64,000 nucleotides of DNA. Source: Macrostomum lignano (Eukaryota). Of the stretch, positions 32,596 through 44,200 are shown piece by piece. Position 1 is the stretch's first letter, and every line of letters begins with the position of its first letter. A model generated the notes under the pieces. It was not told the origin of the DNA. It saw only the letters and a list, made by a program, of their open reading frames with translations, and ran no database searches. The stretch lies in assembly GCA_002269645.1 (NCBI GenBank), contig NIVC01000056.1, positions 930,001 to 994,000 on the forward strand, written 5' to 3'. The translations under genes were made by a program, and so were the position numbers.

Positions 32596-32685
32596 TTAAT
32601 AAAAAAATTATTTTGCACTACTAAGATTCGAACCCAGGTCGCTACATTAGCATTCCAGTCTGTTCGCATCTGGGCTATCTCTTTT
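32596..32685 (-). pseudogene. Degenerate tRNA-like Pol III unit or SINE head
   Basis: Minus strand: TAGCCCAGATG (A-box-like), GGTTCGAATC (B box, T-arm can fold), then a T7 run. The acceptor stem does not pair. Confidence 0.45.
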
Positions 32686-34429
32686 CAATTGGAGAACATG
32701 AATTGTGGCCCTTATAATTCAATTCTTACAGCAAGTCAATTAGAGTAAAAAGTTATGACATAATCAATTTCTCAGTCAGCCAGTATCAGTTTCAATTCAA
32801 GTTAGCAATATTGGTTACGCAATTTAAATCAAGTCGTGTGTGCATTTCTTCGGCACTGTTTTCTACTTGTTGTGATGCAATCTTTATCAGAATTGAAATT
32901 CAGTCAGTCAGGTTTTTTTCTAGCATTCTTACAATGCATTTCAAGTCGAAAATTTTGCTTGACCTTTGCAAAAAAGCATGTTTTTCGAATATTTAATCCA
33001 TTTAATATATAGCAATTTCTTAGCCAAGATGCATGTACCGTCCCAGGAAAATTTCTGATCGAATGGTGCAAGTTTGAAGAAAATCGGTTGAGCCATTTTT
33101 TCTGAAATCTATCGCATACCCACAGACAACTCATTTTTAGTATATAGGATTATTATATTCTATTGATACATAAGCAAAAGCATCTAGGTTTATTTTTATA
33201 TAATAAAGATATTATGGTAGGGGCCTAGGCCTATCCTAACTTTCAAAATTTCAATCTTAAATTAGACTTTAACTAGGCCATAGATATGATTTTGTATCTT
33301 AGCAACTAAAATCATATCACAATAGAAACTTAGACTTGTTTTTAATTTAATAGGCCTAATAAAGTAACCCTTTGTTAAAAATAAAGGGCAATAAAAAGAG
33401 CAAGACAAAATTAAACTTTAAAAAGAGAAAATGATAAATAAAGAAGAGCAATGCCAAAAGAAAAAGAAATAAAAATAAAATAAATAAATAAATAAGTGTT
33501 AAACTATTATTAAATAGAGGCCTAATTCTATATTTTCTAAGGAATTTTTTCCTGTGCAAACTGCTAAAAATAGGCCTATTAGGCCTAGCCTAGGCCTAAC
33601 TCCAATTTTTGGCATAGGCCAAAGATAGGGCCTTGGGTATAGGCCTACAAAGAGTAAAATATCTACCAAGTCCAAAGTTTCTAGAGTAAATAACACAAAT
33701 AATAGAATCAATCATATAATACATAACAGACTATTACTTAATTACTTAATAGTTGTATATGCCTAGGCCTAGGCCTAGCCTAATTCTTGCCTCTTGACAA
33801 GAACAACCCAAGCAACCCTCAACCCTAGTTTTGATTAGGCCCTAGAGATTAATAGGTGATGTGATGCCGGCCGATGGTGCGATGCTACATAATTCTAAGG
33901 GTCACCTGCCACCTCACCTGGTTAGGCCTGCCGCCTATTTTATCATCCTAAAATCCTACAAAATTTGTTTCGCTTCTGCTTTTATGACCGTCCATAAGTA
34001 ACCCAATGACACCTCCAATTTACCTGTAATACTGTACTAGCCTATATATGATTAATGACTAATGTGCAGCTATAAAACTTCTTTTTTAAGCCACTTGACT
34101 TTTTAAGAAAGACAAACTTTAACAAATATTATCAAAAGCTTTTAGCATTTACTATAAAAGTAATTTAATTATTACTGTTAGAGTTACTATGTCTCTTTAA
34201 AAAATTACAAAATCGTCTATTTTTATGAAAATTTATTAGATAAACTCGTGGTAGTGGGAATTTAATCTTCGCATTTTCATAGAAGTTGTATACCTTTGCA
34301 TGTCCTTAAGCTCCCCGGATCCTGAAGTCCTCCTCGTCAATCAATGTAACAGTTGAAAAAGGTAGACAAGTTAACCTGCGGTGAAACCTCTCCCGTTGTC
34401 TAGTTTTTTTCTCTTGAGCTTCATAAATG

Positions 34430-34718
34430 AGTAGAAGAATTTACTCTCAACTTTCAAATGGTAAAATACGAGCTAACTTTAAATAAGTCTCCAATAAGCC
34501 TTATTGTGTGCATTTGAATTAATAGCTTTGTAGAGTCTTACAGCTTGACTTGAACTAGTATTTGGTTTGTATTATTTACAATTGCAGTGAATATTTACCT
34601 ACAGTTTTTTCAGCGTGGTAATTGAACCATTTTCCATACCAAGTATGGAATGAGTTAAAGCAATTCCATTGTCTAGTGCTAATGAGCGGTGAGCCAAGGA
34701 ATGTATGTAGTTTATGCC
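34430..34718 (-). mobile_element. Possible decayed hAT transposase remnant
   Basis: Stop-interrupted frame containing INYIHSLAHRSLAL, resembling the hAT HCxAHxLNL motif. Single-motif evidence only. Confidence 0.25.
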
Positions 34719-35214
34719 TAATACTTTTGTTAAAATAAAAGTCTTTATTTAATCTTAGGTATTATATAAATGAGTATTTTTAAATGTCATTTTTTGTATT
34801 GTTTGCACTCTTTTTAAGTGAAATTAAATTTTTTGTGGGAGTGGAAATATAGGCCTAGTTACACTTTGTATATTATTCAAACATATTGCTGGTAAGTAAT
34901 GAAGACTTTTTATAATGCGCCAGCACATAAAATGTAATTTATTTGACATTTTTTTATATTTTTGCTTTAGTTTAGAATGAATGCAAAAAACTTTTTGGTA
35001 TGCTACAAAAGTACTCTGAGTGAAACAACTAGAAAAAATATTGATGATAGATCTTCAATTTTTCTTTAAATTTTATATCCTAAATATCTCATTTTTATAG
35101 AAGCGATCAATATCTTTGATACAAAATAATTATTCATAAGCAATAATACTATTGATACTTTTACACTCATTTCTGGCAACTAACAAAACCTTTGATCCTC
35201 CTTGCATCAGCCAG

Positions 35215-38200
35215 GATGCATTTTGGAATGTCATAGTAGTGACTAGTCAGTCTGAAAAGTCAGTAGATCAAGTGTGTCAAGCTCTGATCATCGAAAAGCA
35301 GGCCAATCGTTTAAGTATTGGCGAAATACTCACAGTAGTAGACCCGGCACCCTGCATTGGCAGTGGTGGTGCTACTCTGAATGCCCTCTATTGCGTTGCG
35401 GAGCATCTGTCAGCCGCTAGTGGCTTGTGCACCCTCAGCCCCGATGAGGCTCTGGCCAATCGGAGAATTCTTTTGCTGCATGTTGGTTCTGGTAGCCGGC
35501 CGTATCTGTTTGACCCACTAGGTCGGCATGTGGTTATGGTGCCAACAGGAGGTGAGGCGTTGAAAATTTTTCTTAGTTTCTCATGGCTTATGCTAGTTAT
35601 GGTGTGCCAAAATGAGTTATCACTGAATGTCAAAGTGGTTGCCATTCGATGTCAACATGAGAGTCACTGGATGCTATCATGACTGTCACTGGATGGCATC
35701 ATGAATGTCACTGGATGCCGTCATGACTGTTACTGGATGCCAGCATGATTGTTGATAGATAGAACAGATAGAATCAAATGATATAGTTTTAAAATACGAT
35801 CGTCCATTTCTCTACCAGATGGCGTCGATGAAGTGACGAAATCCGAAAACGTCTCGCTTGTCTCGGAGCGTTGGGCATCGTTAGCCGTTCACTGCGTTCG
35901 CCAGATGACCTGGTTTTGTTCCGCTAGTGCTGCCACCCCCGACAAAGACAATATCGATGCGTCAGCTGAGGCGGATGCAAGCCCGGCCGGTGTCTGGGTC
36001 TGCGGTACCGACTTTTATATGCGCCTGTCTCGGCCAGTCTCTTGGGGACAGCTTGTTAGCGATAGTTGTCCCGAGGTAGGTATTGCATGCTTTGAACTTA
36101 TATAGGTTTTTCTCTGTAAGCCTAGTGAGGGGGTTGTAGCCTAGTGAGGGGGTTGTAGCCTAGTGAGGGGGTTGTAGCCTAGTGAGGGGGTTGTAGCCTA
36201 GAGAGGAGGTTGTAGCCTAGTGAGGAGGTTGTAGCCTAGTGAGGGGGTTGTAGCCTAGTGGCGTCGGACTCACGAATGAAAGATCGGGGGTTCGCTTCCT
36301 AACCCACTTGAAACAAATGTGTGTCCTTGAGCAAAGCGCTTAACTCTGCATTGCTTCAGTTCGTAAAATGGGTGCCAGCATTAGCTGGGGTAATTGAGGG
36401 TTGTGTGTGTGTGTGGCAACCCCCAGTCATTGGACTGAACAGCGGTACGCAGCCTTCAGATGCGCCGCGCAATACTATTAGGGCAGGTGTAATCAAACTA
36501 TTATTATTATATTATTAGGCTTTTTTAATTAGACCCCCTTCCAGATCGTTGTTAGACAAATTAGTGAACAAATTGTCGAGAGTCGACAATGGTCGAGAGT
36601 CGGTAGCGGTCATGTCATGTCCTGAATTTCTCATTGTCGGAATACACGCCTCAAGTACAAACAAGTCCTACCCATGGCCACATAAATATGGCCTCTCGTT
36701 AAATGAACTCTAGTAGATTTAGAGCTAATAAGGGGTCGTAAAAATGAGACACAAGTTCTCTCAAAGATCATCTCTACTGTTATTCCACCTTAAGGTGCTA
36801 ACAGTAGCTGGCTTGTGCAGCGCAGATGAGGCCATGCAACACGGTGTACTGGCTCTAGACTCAGCCACCGGCTTTGTTACTCAAGTTGTCTACAGACCAA
36901 GTGCCGAGTCTCTAGTTGGCCTCGAAATCGGTTGCGTACCCGATGACTCATCCTCGAAGTTGTCGCCCAGATTTGCCCGCGTGTCCGGGCCGTATTATTT
37001 TCCACCATCGGTGGCCGCGGCGATGGTCGGCCTGCACACTACCGCTCCGCTGCATGGATGCATCTACGACGGGATTGACAGCGGAGCTCCGCCGATCTAC
37101 CTGTCACTCGTCTTTGACCTGCTGGCAGCATTCTGTTGTCCCGACTCGAAAGATCAGGCTAGTGACGAGCCTAATGAACTTTTAGCGTCGGCATCTACAA
37201 CTGAGCTTGCGATGCGTCAGAGCAGAGGACTTGGTGATTTAGCAACCTTAGCGGCATTGAATGCTGCGGAGTCTGCGGCTAGAATTGATGAAGCTAATCG
37301 ACAGTTAAAGGATCGGCTAGGAGGCTTTAAAAACCGACTGGTCCTGCTGTCTGGGGCAGAGTTTTGCTATCTGGCCAATGAGCCCGAGGCTTATTTCCGA
37401 TTGCTGTTGGACTTTCAGTCGCAAACTTTGTCTACTTGGAGGTTTCACTGCAGCTACAATGTTGATTGCAGCGTGGAATCTGCATCAGCTATGGTGGCAG
37501 TTTCCGGCTTGTCAGAAGCATCCGCGGCTACTGAGAGACAGCAGGTGCTGTTGAAAAACTTGATTCAACCGCCTGTTGATTGTTATTTAAGTTGCTTACG
37601 AGTTCGACTACGAGATGATGAAGATGGTGCATCAGGTGTGTGTTTTTAGGTTACTCCCACTGACATTTTTTTAGCTTGAGCACATACAATGGCACCAATA
37701 CTGTACGCATGCACGCACTCACAAAATGCTCACCCGGTGTACAGCGGTCCTGGCTTTCTACTCGTCAGACATGTACACTCTCTGTTTTGGGGGCTTGGCC
37801 CCAAGCTTCCATGAGGTGTACGCATCCGTTTGCGTGAGATATTTCATCATGGGTGACTACGAGCTATAATCAGCACCCATTCACATCCAGCATAGGTCAC
37901 TGCAACTTGGCTTCAAAAGGTTCCGTTTTATCCTTCATCGCTTTTTCTCATTCTTCTAACAGCAAGCGACGGCAGTCGAGTTTTCTTTGGAGTTGCTAGA
38001 GCGGACCAACCGATGAGCCCTTTGATTGATAAGACTCAACAAGCAGAGTCGGAACATCGTTGCTCAATACTTGGCCAATCAGTGAACAATTTCTGCTTAA
38101 GAACTGGTCTAAAATTGGCTGAGTTATTTCACGATAACGACTCAAAGCTGCCGCAGTGTCTTTGGCACTGTCGACTTTTCCCTGTCACTGGGGCCAGCGA

Positions 38201-41200
38201 TGAAGAAAAAGTGAGTTAAACTGTCATCTAGTTTTTTGTTTATATTGATGTTTACTTTAACAATCTCAACTTAGTGGCCCTAAACCGACTCAAGCCACTC
38301 GTAAAATGCTCTTTAACAAATTGAACAGATATACTGTATAGGAAAGTGTCAACTTTTACGTAATAAAATTTCTCAGCCGTATATTTCTATGCTGATTGTC
38401 TTTTCTGAAAAGTACTACTGAAAGCAGACGAAAAAGAAATTTCTAGAAATTTAAGCAAAATTCAAAGAAATTTCGAATTCAATCTGTCATAGGTTCGCAG
38501 GGTTAGGAACCATTGAATCATAGGGCGGACAACCATTGTATCATGGTGTCATAGAGATGAGGATTATTGCGTTATGGTGTCATGGAGCTGAGGACTTTTG
38601 CGTCATAGTATCACAGAGCTGACAACCATTGCGTCATAGTATCACAGAGCTGATAACCAACACAGAGCTTTGCGTCATAGTATCACAGAGCTGACAACCA
38701 TTGCGTCATAGTATCACAGAGCTGACAACCATTGCGTCATAGTGTCACAGAGCTGACAACCATTGCGTCATAGTATCACAGAGCTGACAACCATTGCGTC
38801 ATAGTGTCACATAAGGTCTTTATGTACAACCTTCGTCTACTTTACAGATGGCTTAAGAAAGCGATAATGGAAGAAAGCCTCCAGGCCTCAAGGGGAGGAG
38901 AGAGGCTCACCACGTGACTCAAGTCCGCTTATTAAAAGGCCAGAAAATTAGAAGGTTCGATTTAAGTTCAAAGCATCTCCTTGTAACTGTGCGTGCTCCA
39001 TCGGATTGCTGCTTTCTTGTTTATTGCATTCGAACAAAGGCAGAGCTGGGCTCATTCCAGAGCATTAAATAAAAATTTTCTTTTAAATCCCTATACCTCA
39101 CACCATCTCACTTGACTTAGCTGCAGGGGGCTCCGGGCACCCAGATACAGCATGGAGGCGTTCCGCCCATTTCGCTAACCCCTGGCGACCACGGGCAGCT
39201 GGTGCTGCGGTGTCGCGCAGGGAGATCCGTTGGTGCCGGTGTATGCAGCGCGATCCCCCTCCGGAGAGTCCAGAAAGTGGATGGTCGCTCGCCCGGTAGC
39301 CCTTAGGGTAGCGGACGAGCTGGCAGAGATTCTCGGGCCTGAAAACGTCGGAGAGGTCCGGGTTTGGGCCGAGGTAGGTAAGCCTGTCCTGAGTAAAGGC
39401 GGGGCATTCACAGATGAAGTGCTCCGCATTCTCGACACCGGAGAGGCAGAAAAGGCATTCCTCACTGCGGATTTTTCCCTGGAGGTGACAATCTCTGGCA
39501 AAACAACCATGACCCGAGAGGGCCATGGTAACCGCCCTGATCTCCCTGCGGTTGAGGGGATCCACCTAAGGGACACCTTGTTGGAGGCGCCCTACGCGAT
39601 TAAGCTGCCCGATGCAGTTGAGGACTGTACGCGAGAAGGTTGTGTTGCGATCAAGGGCGTGGAAGGTGAAATTCCCCCAAACTTGTTGATTGTACAGCTC
39701 GATGGCGCAGGAGCTGGTGGAGAGAACTTCGTTCTGGAAGACGGTAGAGCAGGTTCCGGTGTGCTGGGAGAAGGTCGCCACGGTTCTCCCTCCAGACACT
39801 ATTCAGTAGCTGTAGCCAGAGATGAGGTTAATTCGGGACCCGTCAGTGAATCAGTGAATTTCACGGGGTTTCCAGTTATCCCTTTTTAGTGAGGGGTGGA
39901 ATGCTGGTTTTGAATTTTAGCGGAGGGCAGAGCGTGGACGGGATTCCTTTCGAGAGGGTCAGCACAGACAGCGGCGGTCGATCGTTGCCTCTCCACCGAC
40001 AGATCAAAAGGGAAGATCCAGTGAATGCTAGCAAAAAGCGTAGAGGGAGCCGCGCTCATGATAGCTCGACAAGCTCGACCTTGCATCTTTTAAGAAGTTC
40101 AATGACTTTATATGCTTCTTTCCTAGGTTAATTGACAGTTTGATCAATATTGTGTTAAAAAAGTCTGTCAGCAGTTTCATAGCTTTGAAGATAGGAGCAT
40201 TTTGTCAGTTTGAAATTTTCAACAGAAACAGTTGTTTATCCAAAGAATCCAATTAATTTGGAGAAACAAGCTATGCTATTTGTATTTTCATGCAGTCAGG
40301 ATGGAAATTTAGAGATTGCTGTAATGCTGTGACTCTTGGGCAAGAATTGCTGAGTTGTCAAGTCTGCTGTGGCTCATGAGGGGGCGCTGATTGCTAGTCT
40401 AGAATCTAAAATTTAACACAAAGGCCCCCTTTGTCTTCTACAAACGCAAGTAAAATTTTGAAACGCTGAAATCACAATGGGCTTTACTGACGGAATTACG
40501 ACTTGTATTTAACGATGAATAAACCATTCTATTGCGCGAACAAAAGCGAAGTGCTAACCGGAGGTACAACAGCGACACAGCTCGCGAGCAAAATTCGTCA
40601 GCTTAATTGTATTCATTTTGAAAACCTTTTAAACTGATTGCTTTTTACTGGAAAAATTCTCGAAAAGCATCATAAACGTGCAAATCGCGCTTGATTAAAT
40701 AATCCTTATAACTTTTATGGTGTTTGAAAAGTCACAACAAATATGGTATGATCGACTAAGCAACGCAGTGAAGCGTCGTTTTTTTCGATCTAAAATAGAA
40801 GCATGATGACGCAATAAATCGTGTTATCTAAAAATAGAAACAGAGTAAACACAATAGCTAAATGATGTGACCTAAAAAAAGACACAAGATGAACACGGTA
40901 AAGCGTGTGATGTAACAATAAAACCAGAACACGAGAGTAGCGCGCAGAGGGTACAGGTATTATAATCTGCTGTTCAAATTATTATCAATTCGGTCAAATC
41001 ATATGTTCAAAAGTGACCTTACATGTTTCGCTAGGTTTTTTACTGTGATTAGTCAATAGAAATAAGTTTAATGGGTAGCTAAGGACGAAATCAGGGAAAC
41101 TAAACTAGCGCTTAAACAACAAATATGGATATCTGCGAAGTATGTTGCCAAAAAAGGACTGTCTAAGAGGAATAACAAGACGCATGGATAATTTCAATCT

Positions 41201-44200
41201 CTCAAACGTCATCAGTCATCAGTTCTGCCAATTCACTTAACTCCTTTGCTGTGTATCCATAGTTAGCCACTTTTAGAATCGGCCTTAATTGTTCCATTGC
41301 TGAACGATTTCAAACAGTGTCTAAACGCGGCACTTCGTTTGTACAAGACAAAGAAGTTGACGCACTGATTCACCAAAGCCAGGGTGAGGCTGGTGTAAGC
41401 TAGGTTCGTTATCAGAACCAAATAGTCCAAGTTTTCGGCTATGTCCAGCAAGTAAATTGAAATCTCCATCACTGGTCTCATTATCATGAGCGGCAACGTC
41501 AGTAGAAAGTAGATGATAGACAAAATTAGAACGAGCATAGTTCCGTTTAACTTCTGGGCACTGCCGTTCCCTGTGCTATTGTTGCTAGTATTCGAATAGA
41601 GAAGCTTCCGCTTCTTCACAGCCGAGGTCACCTCGTAGAGCAGGAAAACGTTCAGCCCCAGCATCAGCACGATAAAGATCAATGGCGGATTGGACATTAC
41701 CGTTGTGTAAGCAAGCATCAACAGTTGAGTCTGCTTCGAGTGATAGCAGTAGATTAAAACGATTCCGCCTGGCATGTGAACTGTCTCGTGACCAACTAGA
41801 ATGCCGTTCGGCAGGGCGATCATCGCCGCCAATACGAACGATGCAATGAGAGCCCTGACCGCCCACTTTATGCCAACTTTCCTCATCATCAGCGGCCGTC
41901 GAACAACCAACACCCGGTCAGTCACCAGCACTAGCAGCCACATGCAGGACAGAGCGTGGCAGAAGTTCATAGCGTAGCGAGATATTTTGCACGCGACGTC
42001 GTTCAGATTGTAACTGAAGAAGCCAAATTTGCCTCTGGTGATCCAAGACAGGCCTTTAGTTAGGAATCCGTTGAAAATTCCGATCACTACTAGGCTAATA
42101 GTGTCCGCAATGGCGATGCAACCCAAGTAGAGATTCTGCCGACTAAGCGGTCTCAGGCGGCGTAGCATGGCGTGGGCAACGAGGCTGTTGCCGATGGCTC
42201 CAATAACAATGATGATTGGCAGCAAGATGGCTGAAATTGACCCGATCACGTGGGACAGAATGCAGTACAGATGCCTCGACGGGTCTCCACTTTCACAATC
42301 TCGCACAATCTGCATCGCGCTCTCTACGAAACCGAATCTTATCAGTTTTTTCGATTCATTTTTCGTATGGAGATTATCGGCTTGCATATTGCTGCTTTAA
42401 TGAAGTATTTCTAAACGGAGTCATCGATAGCAGCAGCTTGTGAACTCTCTTCTTGGAGATGTTTAAATCAATCCAGCGATCCGGCAATATTCAGGCATGA
42501 TCCAATCAAATCTTGCCAAATTTTTAAAGGCATATCCTATTGGCCAAATTCATCGAATTGGAGTACTTCTTGTGAGCCAGACAGATTTCTTGTCAACAAA
42601 AAAACTGACAAAATATTTGCACAGATTTTTTTCTTGAAGTCTTGTTTTGGTACCCATGGTCACTTGTATTTGTGCTTTGGTCAAAATTTTAAGGAGCATA
42701 AATTCTTTGATCAAGAGCTGAATCAACTAGCCTGGCTGATTTTAGGTGGACGTAACTAAAATAGAGTGTCTTTATTGGGAAGTTGTTAGAGCCTAAGTTT
42801 GACAAGTAGGAGAAGCCATGCACTTTTTAAGTCTTTTTAGTCAAGAATCAACTGCTCTCAAATGTCAACGATTAAAAAAAATAGTTTTTTAGCTACGAAT
42901 CCTAATTTAAAACAGCGCGTGGAGACTGCGAGTTCAATATGGCTTTGAAGAAGATTAAATATATAATGTTTCATGGTTTTTAATCTAAATGATGAATAAA
43001 CAACACGGGACTGCCTGGTAAAATATTATATTTGTTTTACTGAGTGACCTCAGATCTAATTAAAACTATATGTTAAAATATTCGGCATGTAAAGAGCAAT
43101 GCATTGTTTTTACTATGATTTTAAACTTTTTCCATCAATATCTCAATATTAGTAACTTACTTCTTGTCTATATATTACAAAGGATGAATTATCATTGTTC
43201 GTAAAATTATAACCCTATTTATACCAATAAAAACCGACTCAATTAGAAATTCACTACGATTAATAATAAATAACCTATAGATACAACTTTACGAAATACC
43301 GAACTCGAGAAGTAGTTTTGGAATTGTAGAATGCATAAGCCAGTACTATAAAATAACTCTTGACTCCTATATAATGATTAATCTACTAGATGACTTGTGC
43401 CACTAACGCTAGTACAAGTAGTGTAGTGCCTACAAGCATATAACAACGCTATAAAACACTTGTACGTATAAGTACAGTCAAACCGTACATCTACGTCAAA
43501 TCAAATTGAGGTCTAAAGTCAGCCAAGCAAAAACGGACTTAAAGCACAGAACCCGATCAGGCGGGAATTAAGGTTAAAAGCCAGAAAAGTTAATCAAGAA
43601 AGTTTCTATGGCACAGCGTTCAGGTGAACTGAACTGAACCTGATGGACGGAAGCTGATGAATTTTGATGGCATTAACGTTGCTTGATGTCTTTTCAAGCC
43701 CAAAGCAAATTTTGCTTTGGGTAAAGCTCAAAGCAAAAATTTTATATACGTAAAATTCCAACAAAACTGAAGGCCTCAAAGGGGGTCGCTTCAACATTGT
43801 CGAAACTTCACATTGACGTAACTTTAAATTTTCCAAAGTTCACATTTTTTAAATTTCACATCAACTAAACTTACTTCAAATTTCGAGCACAGAATTTCAA
43901 AACGTCAAAACTTCGATGTAAAATTTCGACAATGTAAAGCGAAGTGTAATGTCAATAAAACTACTTTGCAATAAAACTTTAGCTTGAAATTCTCGCCTGG
44001 CTGTTCAACTGCCCTGATGGCGACGGCGCGTCTCAACCGGATTTAGCCGCTCTGTGGCGCCGTTGCCGCCGACTGTCAATGGCCGACATTGTTGCCAATG
44101 TTGACATCGACTCGGAGCTGACGCATCGTCGATCAGTAGCCCAATCGGCTCTTGTCAGAGCTTTGTCAGCCACGCTGCGACACTCTAGCGGCACTCGCAG

